A stretch of DNA of 64,000 bases from positions 1,248,001 through 1,312,000 of the forward strand of contig CAVTJJ010000004.1 in NCBI GenBank assembly GCA_963735035.1. The letters run 5' to 3'. The position numbers and the translations under genes are program-made. Source of the DNA: an uncultured candidate division Zixibacteria bacterium. Lineage in GTDB: Bacteria; Zixibacteria; MSB-5A5; GN15; FEB-12. The stretch's first letter is position 1. The number at the start of each line of letters is the position of its first letter. Below, one piece after another: positions 30,770 to 40,282 of this stretch. Below the pieces are notes generated by a model. That model was not told the origin of the DNA, searched no databases, and saw only the letters and a program-made list of their open reading frames with translations.

Positions 30770-31939
30770 ATGGATAGAATTTATCTCGATCATAATGCTA
30801 CCACCCCGGTCGATCCGGAAGTTGTCGACACTATGCTGCCGTTTCTATCAGCGCGGTTCGGCAACGCCAGCTCAGTGCACGGTTTCGGCCGTGAAGCCAA
30901 AGTCGCGCTGGAGCAGGGGCGCGAACAGATTGCGGCCTTCATAAACAGCGAACCGGCCGAACTGTATTTTACGTCCGGTGGAACAGAATCGGACAACATT
31001 GCCGTTCTCGGATCGGCATATCAATACAAAGGGAAGAAGAATCATCTTATTGTCGGCGCCACTGAACATCACGCCGTACTCGAACCGGCCGAGCACCTGG
31101 CGCACCGGGAGGGATTCAAAGTTGATTTGCTTCCGGTCGACGGCGACGGGTTCTCTTCTCCCGATGATCTCAGACGTCTGGTGAACGACCAGACCGTGCT
31201 CGTTTCGGTCATGCACGCCAACAACGAAACCGGCACGGTGCAGGACATTGCGGCACTGACTGAGATCACCCGGGCGAAAGATGTGCTGTTCCACACCGAC
31301 GCCGTACAGTCTACGGGCAAGATCAAGGTTGATGTCAAGAAACTCGGCGTGGATTTGCTCTCTCTTACCGGACACAAAATATACGGCCCCAAGGGAACCG
31401 GCGCGTTATTCATTCGCAAGGGTCTGAAGATAGCGCCGCTCTTCTATGGTGGCTCACACGAGAAGAAACGCCGCCCCGGCACTGAGAATATCGCCGGTGT
31501 GGTCGGTCTTGCTAAGACTTTGGAAATTGCCGAGCGTTGCCGCGAGGCTGATTTCGCCCGCCTGCAGGACCTGGCGGATTATTTTACAGACAAGGTGACG
31601 GCGAGCATTCCCGATGTGCATCTCAATGGCCCGCGCCGCAACCGGATTCCGCAGACCGTAAATCTCTCGTTTGCGGGCATTGAAGGTGAATCGATCGTGC
31701 TGTCGCTCGACATCGAAGGGATCGCCTGCTCGGCCGGCTCGGCGTGTACTTCCGGCGCGACCGAACCGTCGCACGTACTGATCGCAATGGGCAAACCGAA
31801 AGTCCGCTCTCAGGGAGCGATTCGCTTTTCAATGGGGCGCTCGACCACGCGTGAGCAGCTCGACCACGTAATCTCGAAACTCGGCCCGGTGGTGACCAGA
31901 CTTCGCAATCTGTCACCGGTCTATGGTAAACAAGCGTAA
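30770..31939 (+). CDS. iscS: Cysteine desulfurase (IscS/NifS)
   Basis: 'IYLDHNATT', 'FTSGGTES', PLP Lys 'HKIYGPKG', catalytic 'GSACTSG'. Confidence 0.93.
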   Translation: MDRIYLDHNATTPVDPEVVDTMLPFLSARFGNASSVHGFGREAKVALEQGREQIAAFINSEPAELYFTSGGTESDNIAVLGSAYQYKGKKNHLIVGATEHHAVLEPAEHLAHREGFKVDLLPVDGDGFSSPDDLRRLVNDQTVLVSVMHANNETGTVQDIAALTEITRAKDVLFHTDAVQSTGKIKVDVKKLGVDLLSLTGHKIYGPKGTGALFIRKGLKIAPLFYGGSHEKKRRPGTENIAGVVGLAKTLEIAERCREADFARLQDLADYFTDKVTASIPDVHLNGPRRNRIPQTVNLSFAGIEGESIVLSLDIEGIACSAGSACTSGATEPSHVLIAMGKPKVRSQGAIRFSMGRSTTREQLDHVISKLGPVVTRLRNLSPVYGKQA

Positions 31940-31965
31940 GATACTGTCGTCAGACGAACCTGCCC

Positions 31966-31990
31966 GGGGTCGTCATGACGACCCCTTTTT
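31966..31990 (+). terminator. Terminator-like hairpin between iscS and mnmA
   Basis: Perfect 20-bp palindrome GGGGTCGTCATGACGACCCC followed by TTTTT. Confidence 0.65.
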
Positions 31991-31996
31991 GTTGAT

Positions 31997-33109
31997 ATGA
32001 GCACGAACAAGAGAGTCATGGTGGCCATGTCCGGGGGCGTGGATTCGTCCGTGACGGCTTTCCTTCTGAAGGAACAGGGGTACGAGATAATCGGCGCTCA
32101 CATGAAGCTGTGGGATTATGTCGATGTCGGAGGCGATATCCATCGTGACGGCCGTTGCTGTGGGCTCGACTCGATCACCGACTGCCGCTTTGTCTGTGAC
32201 AAGATCGGCGCGCCGTTTTTCGTGCTCAATCTGTCGGAACCGTTCAAGAAGACAGTTATCGAGAATTTCGTAGCCGAATATTCCGCCGGTCGCACACCCA
32301 ACCCATGCGTGCGCTGCAACAGCGAAGTTAAATGGGATGCCTTTCTCGCCAAGGCCTATGAACTTGGATGCGGTCACATCGCCACCGGACATTACGCCAT
32401 AGTTGAACGAGGTGAAAACAATCGCTGGCATATTCGCAAAGGGGTCGATGACACTCGCGACCAGTCGTACGTCCTGTGGGGTCTGAGTCAGGACGCCCTT
32501 TCGCGCACTCTCATGCCGCTAGGCGGACTGCTCAAGACTGAAGTGCGCGAAATCGCCCGAAAGCACGGCCTTCGGACGGCCGAAAAGGCAGAGTCACGCG
32601 AAATCTGTTTTGTAGCCGACGATGACTACCGCCGCTTCTTGCGCGAATACGCCGCCAAGCATGAGGTCAAGTTTCATCCGGGGGATATCGTCGATGATTC
32701 CGGGGTGGTGCTAGGTTCGCACGATGGCACCGAGTTCTTTACGATCGGCCAGCGCAAGGGGTTGGGAGTGAGCCACCCGACGCCGTTGTACGTCCAGAAG
32801 ATCGAGCCGGAGGAGGGTCGGGTGGTGGTTGGTGACGACCGCGGCGTGCTGAATCGTGAATTGGTTGCCGAGAGTGTCAACTGGGTGAGCATGCCGCCCA
32901 CGAGCACTGGCACTTCATCGGAACCGGTCACATTCGCGTGTGAAGTCAAGATCAGGTACCAGCACCAGCCGGCTGCGGCCAAGGCCTCGATCCTGCCGGA
33001 CGGGGGGGTGCGGGTGACCTTCGAGTGCGATCAAAGAGCCGTCACACCGGGACAGTCAGCGGTATTGTATCAGGGTGACCGGCTGCTCGCCGGTGGCGTG
33101 ATTGCCTAG
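31997..33109 (+). CDS. mnmA: tRNA 2-thiouridine(34) synthase MnmA
   Basis: 'AMSGGVDS', 'GRTPNPCVRCN', 'ATGHY', 'DQSY', 'FTIGQRKGL', 'TPGQSAV'. Confidence 0.97.
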   Translation: MSTNKRVMVAMSGGVDSSVTAFLLKEQGYEIIGAHMKLWDYVDVGGDIHRDGRCCGLDSITDCRFVCDKIGAPFFVLNLSEPFKKTVIENFVAEYSAGRTPNPCVRCNSEVKWDAFLAKAYELGCGHIATGHYAIVERGENNRWHIRKGVDDTRDQSYVLWGLSQDALSRTLMPLGGLLKTEVREIARKHGLRTAEKAESREICFVADDDYRRFLREYAAKHEVKFHPGDIVDDSGVVLGSHDGTEFFTIGQRKGLGVSHPTPLYVQKIEPEEGRVVVGDDRGVLNRELVAESVNWVSMPPTSTGTSSEPVTFACEVKIRYQHQPAAAKASILPDGGVRVTFECDQRAVTPGQSAVLYQGDRLLAGGVIA

Positions 33110-33137
33110 GCGAGAGAAACCTCGCCTTCGCATTCGG

Positions 33138-33166
33138 TTGACAACGACCAACCGCGATATTAGTAT
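33138..33166 (+). promoter_or_regulatory. Sigma70 promoter
   Basis: TTGACA-N17-TAGTAT. Confidence 0.6.
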
Positions 33167-33211
33167 CCACTATAGAAAGGACCTAAGAACTCAGGCGCGA
33201 GGAGAAAGTAT

Positions 33212-33889
33212 ATGCCAAAAGCCACTTTCATGGGACATTCCTGTGTGATGTTGATCGACGGGAAACACCGCCTGATCATCGATCCGTTTCTGTCCGGCAA
33301 CGATAAGGCCGCGGCGAAACCAGAAGATATCGACGTCACCCATATCCTGGTCACGCACGGTCACGGTGATCATATCGGCGATGCCGTCGCTATCGCCAAG
33401 CGGACCGGTGCCACGATAGTCGCCAACTACGAGATCGCGATGCTGGTCGGTCGGCAGGGGGCTAACACTCATCCGCTGCATATCGGCGGCAGCGCCCGGT
33501 TCGATTTCGGCCGGATCAAGCTGACTATCGCCCATCATGGCGGGGGATACGGCCCCAATTCCGACATCTACACCGGTCCACCCGCCGGATTTCTTGTAAC
33601 CATCGGTGGCAAGACGGTCTATCACGCCGGCGATACCGGCCTGTTCTATGACATGAAGCTGATCGGCGAAATGAATAAGATCGACCTGGCGTTTCTGCCC
33701 ATCGGAGACAATTTCACTATGGGTGTCGACGATGCCGCCAAGGCGGTGGAGTTTCTCAAGCCGAAACAGGTCGTGCCCATGCACTACAACACATTCCCGA
33801 TTATTCAAGCCGATCCAAACGAGTTTGCCCGAAAAGTCACCGGCAGCAAGGTCGTGATACTCAAGCCGGGCGAGTCGGTCGAATTCTGA
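33212..33889 (+). CDS. Metallo-beta-lactamase fold metal-dependent hydrolase (UPF0173-like)
   Basis: 'IIDPFL', 'THGHGDH', 'YHAGDT', 'LPIGDNFTM', 'PMHYNTF'; AGGAG RBS. Confidence 0.9.
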   Translation: MPKATFMGHSCVMLIDGKHRLIIDPFLSGNDKAAAKPEDIDVTHILVTHGHGDHIGDAVAIAKRTGATIVANYEIAMLVGRQGANTHPLHIGGSARFDFGRIKLTIAHHGGGYGPNSDIYTGPPAGFLVTIGGKTVYHAGDTGLFYDMKLIGEMNKIDLAFLPIGDNFTMGVDDAAKAVEFLKPKQVVPMHYNTFPIIQADPNEFARKVTGSKVVILKPGESVEF

Positions 33890-33951
33890 GCAAAGACAGG
33901 CCAGAGACCCGACATCCCCGCGAAGGGGCTCGTTGAAAGACTTCTCGAACG

Positions 33952-34009
33952 TTGTTACGTCAGGTCTTGCGACCCGCCGCGGCGGGGCGTGTGACCTGAC
34001 GCGTAGCAA
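33952..34009. repeat. Long imperfect intergenic inverted repeat (REP-like hairpin)
   Basis: TTGTTAC/GTAGCAA and CGTCAGGTC/GACCTGACG arms around the perfect palindrome CCCGCCGCGGCGGG (33973-33986). Confidence 0.6.
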
Positions 34010-34228
34010 GATTATTGTCGAAGCTATCGATGCGAACATGGACTTCAGTCAGAACGTCAGCGACTTTGCAACCACAACTGGGCACCGGTTTTCACCGGTG
34101 TGACGGCCTCTCGGCCGTCTATCATTCTCGTGGTGAGTACTCTCATAACCGCACCTCGTCCCTCGTTTCGAATTTCGGACACTATTTGTCGGCTTCATGC
34201 CCTGTTCAAACTTGTTCTGACTCAGTCG

Positions 34229-34257
34229 GGAACTTTTGTTCCGTCGTGTGAGTCAAA
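34229..34257 (+). promoter_or_regulatory. SigmaE-type promoter upstream of the AsmA gene
   Basis: GGAACTT-N16-GTCAAA, matching the classical sigmaE consensus. Confidence 0.7.
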
Positions 34258-34291
34258 GTCTTAGCTATTAGTCTATTGGAAGTGGGTCGAT

Positions 34292-37102
34292 ATGAAGAAG
34301 TTTTCGAAGATACTGCTCTGGATAGTCGGCGTCATAGTGGCGCTGTTCATACTGCTCGTCGTGGCCGTGAAGCTCTTTCTCCCCGCCGACAAGATCAAGG
34401 CGATGGCGATTGAGAAAGGCTCCAAGGCTATCGGTCGCGAAATCCAGGTCGCCGGTCTCGATATCTCTGTCTGGGGCGGTTTGGGGGTCGAACTCCAACA
34501 AGTACAGGTCGGAAATCCGACCGGATTTGACGCCACGCCCTTTCTGACGGCCGACAAAATCGATTTGAAACTGCAGTTGCTCCCGCTGATTACAGGTGAT
34601 GTCAAATTCGACCGTCTGGTCATCGACAAGCCCACTGTCCACATGGTGAAAACCGCGACCGGTGCTGTCAACTATACCTTCAAGACCGCCGACACGCTTA
34701 AGCTACCGGAAGATGTCAAAGCCATTCCGCCGGAGGGTCAGACCGCCGCCATGGCCATTTCATTCGGCGAACTGGAGATCAAGGACGCTCTCGTAACGTA
34801 TCGCGACGATAGCAGTAAAGTGTCGCTCGATGCCACCGGGCTCGACCTGGTCTCGTCGCTGGAGTATCCGCGCACGGGAGTTTATCTGAGTTCCGGGCGG
34901 CTTCGGGTCGACACGGTGCTTCTGGCCATGGAGAAACCGTACCCGCCGCTGGCCCTGGACATGAGTTATCGCGCATCGTACGAACTGCCGACCCACACCC
35001 TGGCAATTGAGAGTGTCACGGCCAATATCAATGCCATGCGTCTGAAGCTGTCCGGCCAGTTGTCCGGTTTGCCTGAAATGAAGTCGGCCAGCCTGAATGT
35101 ATCCTCGGATCAGATCGCCATTACCGATGTACTCTCGCTCTTGTCGCCGGAGCAGCGCGCCAAACTGTCCGACTACACGATTGCTGGCAATTTCCTGGTC
35201 GACGTTGATCTGTCACTGGACACAACCAAAGTGAAACCAACCTGGCTGTACTCAGGTAATCTGGCGTTGACTGACATCAAGATGACCGGGAAGAAGTTCC
35301 CCGGCGAACTGGCGTTCCGTCGCTGTATGCTCGACATCAAACCGAACCAACTTCGCCTGAATATCGAGGACGGTAGTTTCGATCAGCAACCGCTCAAAGG
35401 ATATCTGACAGTCGAAGATTTCGCTGCCCCGCGCATTTCCGGTGAGTTGGCGGGCGGGCTCGATCTGGCAGTCATTTCACCGTTCCTGCCGTCGGGCAAG
35501 TCCCAGGAACTTTCCGGACGCAGCAATTTCAACCTGAAGTTCTCCGGGCCGGTGAAGAAACTCGACAGCCTGGACTTCTCGGGTGACCTGAAAGTAACTG
35601 GAGGCAAGTACAGCTCGACCGTTGTCCCTGAGCCGATTGAAGAATTCAATCTCGATGCCTACTTCGACCGTCGCGTGGTCAACATTCGTAACCTCGATTG
35701 CCGGTTCCCGTCAGGTTCACTTACCATCAAAGGCCGCGTTTCCGATTTGATGCCTTATCTACTGGCCGATTCGGCTTCCCCTGTGAAAGTGACCCCGGCG
35801 GTCGACGCCGATATCAAGGGGACGGTCGATCTGGCTATGGTAAAACGGTATCTCCCTCCCAAGGGGAATCCTCAGGTCTCAGGGCAGTTGGTCCTGGATG
35901 TTAACGCCATGGGCAATCTCAACGACTTGACCAGTTTCCGTCCCCGTGGTCAGGTGGACATCCGCAACGCCAAGTATAACGACTCTCTGCTGCCGGAACC
36001 GATCCAGCGGTTTGAAGCGCAACTGCTTCTCAAACCCGATACGATCGACATCCGCAAGTTCGAAGCTCAGTTCACTACCAGCGATGTAGCCCTTACCGGG
36101 CAGTTGACCAGACCGTTCCCATATTTTCTGCCGGTGCTGGGAGTGAATCGAGACAGTCTGCCCAAACCGCTGCTGGTGTTCGAGCTGACCTCGCATCGTT
36201 TCGACACCGACAAGCTGTTTCCTGAAGCTGTGCCGGGAGCGGGTGAAGCCGGGATGACTATCTCGGCCGATTCCGTATCGCCAATGATACTTCCGGACAT
36301 CGAAGGACGGGGCACAGCCAAAGCCGATACGGTTATCTACTGCAAGGTGGATTTGAACCAGGTTACGGGCAAGATCCGCATCAAGGATCGCAAGATCGAA
36401 TATTATGACGCCACCGCTAAAGTCTACACCGGTTCGGTTACGGGCAGCACGACCATTGACCTGTCCGATTTCGAGCATCCCAAGTACGTTGGTGAATTTG
36501 CCGCCACTCAGGTTGAGGCGAATGATTTTGTGTCGCGCTTCTCAAAGTTCGGTGGGTTCATATTCGGAAAGACCGATTTTACCGGCACCTACAATGCCGC
36601 CGGCTGGGAACCGCAGGACTTCCTGAAATCGCTGACTCTCGACGGCAAAGCCAATGTACACGACGGCCGTCTGGTGACTTCCGGTTCGATTCTGTCATCG
36701 TTCAACGATCTGGCCTCGAAACTCGGCAAGTCGTTCGACAAGGAGCAGACTATAAGAAGCCTCGTATCCAAAGTAGTCGTCCGCAACGGGCGGGTCGGAA
36801 TCGACAGCCTGATGACCTCGCTGGGACAACTCGGCGACATGGGGTTGGGGGGTTCATACGGATTCGACGGCACCCTGGACTATTCGGGCTCGCTCAAGAC
36901 CAGTGTCACAGCCACCGATCAGCTTGGCGGTTTGGGCAAGCTCCTGGGCGGCGGACAGGGCGATGCCAAGCGGGTCAATCTGCCGTTCAAGGTAACCGGA
37001 ACGATTACGGCGCCAAAATTGACTTTCGACTACGGTGCTTTGAGCAAGCAAGCCGGGGAGAGTCTCCTAAATCAGGCCGTAGATCGACTTAAGAAGAAGT
37101 AG
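34292..37102 (+). CDS. AsmA family protein
   Basis: N-terminal TM, 'IGREIQVAGLDISVW', 'LQLLPLITG', repeated beta-rich units, C-terminal 'GSYGFDGTLDY...LPFKVTGTITAPK'. Confidence 0.85.
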   Translation: MKKFSKILLWIVGVIVALFILLVVAVKLFLPADKIKAMAIEKGSKAIGREIQVAGLDISVWGGLGVELQQVQVGNPTGFDATPFLTADKIDLKLQLLPLITGDVKFDRLVIDKPTVHMVKTATGAVNYTFKTADTLKLPEDVKAIPPEGQTAAMAISFGELEIKDALVTYRDDSSKVSLDATGLDLVSSLEYPRTGVYLSSGRLRVDTVLLAMEKPYPPLALDMSYRASYELPTHTLAIESVTANINAMRLKLSGQLSGLPEMKSASLNVSSDQIAITDVLSLLSPEQRAKLSDYTIAGNFLVDVDLSLDTTKVKPTWLYSGNLALTDIKMTGKKFPGELAFRRCMLDIKPNQLRLNIEDGSFDQQPLKGYLTVEDFAAPRISGELAGGLDLAVISPFLPSGKSQELSGRSNFNLKFSGPVKKLDSLDFSGDLKVTGGKYSSTVVPEPIEEFNLDAYFDRRVVNIRNLDCRFPSGSLTIKGRVSDLMPYLLADSASPVKVTPAVDADIKGTVDLAMVKRYLPPKGNPQVSGQLVLDVNAMGNLNDLTSFRPRGQVDIRNAKYNDSLLPEPIQRFEAQLLLKPDTIDIRKFEAQFTTSDVALTGQLTRPFPYFLPVLGVNRDSLPKPLLVFELTSHRFDTDKLFPEAVPGAGEAGMTISADSVSPMILPDIEGRGTAKADTVIYCKVDLNQVTGKIRIKDRKIEYYDATAKVYTGSVTGSTTIDLSDFEHPKYVGEFAATQVEANDFVSRFSKFGGFIFGKTDFTGTYNAAGWEPQDFLKSLTLDGKANVHDGRLVTSGSILSSFNDLASKLGKSFDKEQTIRSLVSKVVVRNGRVGIDSLMTSLGQLGDMGLGGSYGFDGTLDYSGSLKTSVTATDQLGGLGKLLGGGQGDAKRVNLPFKVTGTITAPKLTFDYGALSKQAGESLLNQAVDRLKKK

Positions 37103-37153
37103 TAGTTGCCGAAATCGAGCTACTTCATAAGCCCGATTTCTAGTTTTCGAAAA

Positions 37154-37199
37154 GAGTCCCCGACTGCGTAATTCGCGCGGTTGCGGGACTCAATCTTTT
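37154..37199 (+). terminator. Hairpin after the AsmA gene (possible terminator)
   Basis: GAGTCCC-CGACTGCG...CGCGGTTG-C-GGGACTC followed by AATCTTTT. Confidence 0.45.
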
Positions 37200-37216
37200 C
37201 CCGTAACAACCGATAA
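37190..37216 (+). promoter_or_regulatory. Sigma-28-like promoter
   Basis: TCAA-N15-ACCGATAA. Confidence 0.45.
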
Positions 37217-37326
37217 CATAATGAGTAACCGGCCTTGGTACTGACCTACCGGGAGTTGCAGTTTGACCGTGATCATACGGATGACTGAAGGATCAGTGTG
37301 CCAGGCTAAGCCCCAAGTAGTGTGTT

Positions 37327-39162
37327 ATGGTTGTTGCACCGATTGATCAGGCTGTCAGCGTCAAGCGATGCGGTCTCTGCAAAATAGATCGCAAGGGTCG
37401 ATTTATTCTTGCTAATTTGGAAGCCCAGCGGCTTTTCGGTTTGAGCGAAGTCGAGTTGTTCGGGCGACCGTTCGTGGATTTCCTCCAAACCTCCGACCGT
37501 CCTGTTTATCAGCAGCTCATCAAGAATCGCAGTCCGTATGACACCGGGTATGACTCGGCCGGGATAACTATTGTTGGAGCCGGGGGGCAGACCCAACCGG
37601 TGACGATGGTGGTGTCCGTGAATTTCGGCGGCGGCAATCCCTCCAACTATCAAATCATCTTGCGGCCCGACGATCTCCCCGTGGTCGAAGAAAAATCAGA
37701 ATCCGAAAGCGGATTGTGGGAAACGCTCATTCGCCTGCTCGTGATGGAGTTCGATCAACCCGACCTCAAGAAGCTCGTCGATCTTCTGAAGGACATCACC
37801 GACGCTCACGGTGTGGGGATCTTCGATCTTAATGACGAACACCATCGTTGCCTTGCCCTGACAGAAGAAGTCTTGAAAGATTCGGCCGATCTGGACAATG
37901 TCTGGAAAGAGGATGGCGACGCTGAATCCACGCCGAACGAGGTTCGCGCCACTTTCCGTCTTGGCTCAGAGCATACCGGCCTGGTGCGTTTCAATCTTGG
38001 ACATTCCGACTCGGCCGAAAACGACGCGCGCATACGCTGGCGCTCCGAGTTGGCCGCTTCCCTGATTCACGCTGTCCGCTCGCCCCATGAAATCGAACCG
38101 GTTCCGGTGGAACGGCCCTCGGTCTATCCGTCACAGGTTCTCGACCAGCTTCGGATAGGTTTCGTGGCATTCGATCATGACAGCAAAGTGACCCAGCATA
38201 ATCATACGTTCGAGACCTTCTTCGCCCCGCAGAATGAAGTTGTCTCGGTCGGTCAGTTGATTGAGTTGATCGGCGCCTCCTGCGGCGAGTCGGCGTCTTC
38301 CGCCATTGCCGGCTATATTGCGGTTCTGGCCGGATGCGATTGCCTGCCCGGATTCAAAGCTACTTATGAAACGACTGACGGCCACTCGTTGAGTATAGAG
38401 ATACTACCCCTCGAAACCGTTACCGAACCAACCTCGCATTGCTTCCTATTCTACGAAAGCGGAAGTGTCCTGGCCGGTCCGAGCGCTTTCCCGGGCGTGT
38501 CGTCTCAGGTGGGTTTGACGGCTATAGACTTGCTGAAGTCGACCATGAACGCGACAGAGTCGGTCTGGCAGAAGCTGGAACATGAGCATCACGACCGACT
38601 TGATCGTGACGGCGGTTTCTATCTCGGTTGCCTCAATCACCATCTGGAGACCATGTCCGACACAATCCGCGATTTTGAGAAGATGCTTCGGTTAATCGGG
38701 GACGGCGAAGAGCCGCAAATTGTTGATTTGGGATTGGTGGTGACTCGTCTCGGAGACACGCTTCTGGCGGAACATCCGGGAGCCCGCCTGGCGGTCCGGC
38801 AGAGCGATCTCCCCAAAGTAACCGCGCCGCTGCGGAAGCTGACTGCCGTATTGCACGACGTCCTCACTCTGGCCGTACAGGCGTATTCCGATCGGGCAGT
38901 CGAGGCGACTGTGACGGCCTCAGTCGAGAACGGCAGTTGCGTAATCTGGGTGCGGGACAACGGCCCCGGCCTGTCCTCGCGCCAGAAAAAGACTCTTTTC
39001 ACGCTCCGTCGAAGTTTCTCCAAAGACAAGTCGGGCAAGCCGGGCGGGCTGAGTGTGGGTGTGGCCGTGGCGCGGGAAATTATGGCCTCGATCAACGGAT
39101 CCCTCGAACTGGACTCCCGACCGGGCAAAGGGACAATCGTCAAGATTGTCTTCCCGACTTGA
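37327..39162 (+). CDS. PAS-domain protein with degenerate histidine-kinase (DHp/HATPase) module
   Basis: N-terminal PAS 'IDRKGRFILANLEAQRLFG...LFGRPFVDFL'; G1 box 'VRDNGPGL'; 'LELDSRPGKGTIV'; H- and N-boxes degenerate. Confidence 0.8.
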   Translation: MVVAPIDQAVSVKRCGLCKIDRKGRFILANLEAQRLFGLSEVELFGRPFVDFLQTSDRPVYQQLIKNRSPYDTGYDSAGITIVGAGGQTQPVTMVVSVNFGGGNPSNYQIILRPDDLPVVEEKSESESGLWETLIRLLVMEFDQPDLKKLVDLLKDITDAHGVGIFDLNDEHHRCLALTEEVLKDSADLDNVWKEDGDAESTPNEVRATFRLGSEHTGLVRFNLGHSDSAENDARIRWRSELAASLIHAVRSPHEIEPVPVERPSVYPSQVLDQLRIGFVAFDHDSKVTQHNHTFETFFAPQNEVVSVGQLIELIGASCGESASSAIAGYIAVLAGCDCLPGFKATYETTDGHSLSIEILPLETVTEPTSHCFLFYESGSVLAGPSAFPGVSSQVGLTAIDLLKSTMNATESVWQKLEHEHHDRLDRDGGFYLGCLNHHLETMSDTIRDFEKMLRLIGDGEEPQIVDLGLVVTRLGDTLLAEHPGARLAVRQSDLPKVTAPLRKLTAVLHDVLTLAVQAYSDRAVEATVTASVENGSCVIWVRDNGPGLSSRQKKTLFTLRRSFSKDKSGKPGGLSVGVAVAREIMASINGSLELDSRPGKGTIVKIVFPT

Positions 39163-39335
39163 TCGATAGAGTACGAAGAAACCCGATTCCCGACGTCTCT
39201 GCGAAATATCATCCTAATATTGGTCCGATCATCGGACCCTCAGGGGAAGAAGCGTTGTTGCCGTGAACCGCTTGGCGTTCTTCACGTTCACCAACGTGAA
39301 CAACGAGGTTTCGGTCAGCTATTTCAGTTTAGCGG

Positions 39336-39363
39336 TTGACAAACGGTCTCAAGCCTCTATTTT
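39336..39363 (+). promoter_or_regulatory. Sigma70 promoter of yicC-gmk-rpoZ-topA
   Basis: TTGACA-N16-TATTTT. Confidence 0.5.
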
Positions 39364-39392
39364 GCGCCCTTGTCTTTGTAGACGGGTGGATT

Positions 39393-40268
39393 ATGAATTC
39401 AATGACCGGCTTCGGTCGCGCCGAAATCGACAGCAAGTTCGGAAAGTTTACCGTCGAGCTGTCCAGCATCAATAGTCGTTTTCTCGAGGTTGTGGTGCGC
39501 CTGCCCCGTCCGTTCGGGGCGCTCGAACCACAAGCGCGGGAATTGCTTAATGCGGAAGTGGGGCGCGGCAAGGTAAGTCTCTTCGTTAATCTTGCAGACA
39601 ACGGCGGGGCCGCCGGACATCCCCTCATTAATAGGGAGCTGGCGAAGGAATACTGTCGCGAACTGACCAAGCTCAAGAAAGACCTTAAGCTCGAAGGCGA
39701 ACTGACCGTCAGTGATCTACTTACGCTTCCCGACATAACTCGTCCCACTGCCGTTGATCCCGATCAGGAACAAGCCTGGCCAATAATAAAGGGCGGCGTC
39801 TCTAAAGCACTGAAGGCGATGCAGGCCATGCGGGCGCGCGAAGGCAAGAACCTGTCTGTCGACATGCGCGAGCGGCTCAAGACCATGTCCGGGTTGATGG
39901 ATCAAATTGAAAAGGAAACGACCGGGGCCGTTGAGAAATACGCCAAGAAACTAGCGGTGCGGATAAACGAACTTCTGGGCAGTCAGAGCATTGACCGGGC
40001 CCGGCTCGAAGAAGAAATCGCCGTCTTTGCCGACCGTACCGATATCGCCGAAGAGTGCCTGCGGTTTCGTAGTCATATCAGTCAGTTCCAACAGACGTTG
40101 CGCCAGACCGACGCGGTCGGCCGCCGTCTGAATTTCATCCTCCAGGAAATGAATCGCGAAGTCAACACGATCGGCTCCAAGGCCTCCGATTTTGACATCT
40201 CCGCGAAAGTGATTTCCCTCAAAGAGGAAATAGAAAAACTTCGCGAGCAAGCTCAAAACGTGGAGTAG
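39393..40268 (+). CDS. yicC: YicC/YloC family endoribonuclease
   Basis: 'SMTGFGR', 'SINSRFLE', 'GRRLNFILQEMNREVNTIGSK', 'EKLREQAQNVE'. Confidence 0.93.
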   Translation: MNSMTGFGRAEIDSKFGKFTVELSSINSRFLEVVVRLPRPFGALEPQARELLNAEVGRGKVSLFVNLADNGGAAGHPLINRELAKEYCRELTKLKKDLKLEGELTVSDLLTLPDITRPTAVDPDQEQAWPIIKGGVSKALKAMQAMRAREGKNLSVDMRERLKTMSGLMDQIEKETTGAVEKYAKKLAVRINELLGSQSIDRARLEEEIAVFADRTDIAEECLRFRSHISQFQQTLRQTDAVGRRLNFILQEMNREVNTIGSKASDFDISAKVISLKEEIEKLREQAQNVE

Positions 40269-40282
40269 GCTTCCTGGAGCGA

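Noticed and set aside
39263..39475. Small 70-aa ORF and TTCACGTT/AACGTGAA hairpin upstream of yicC
   Set aside because: The ORF overlaps the yicC promoter and start with no motif support; the short hairpin is too weak to call.
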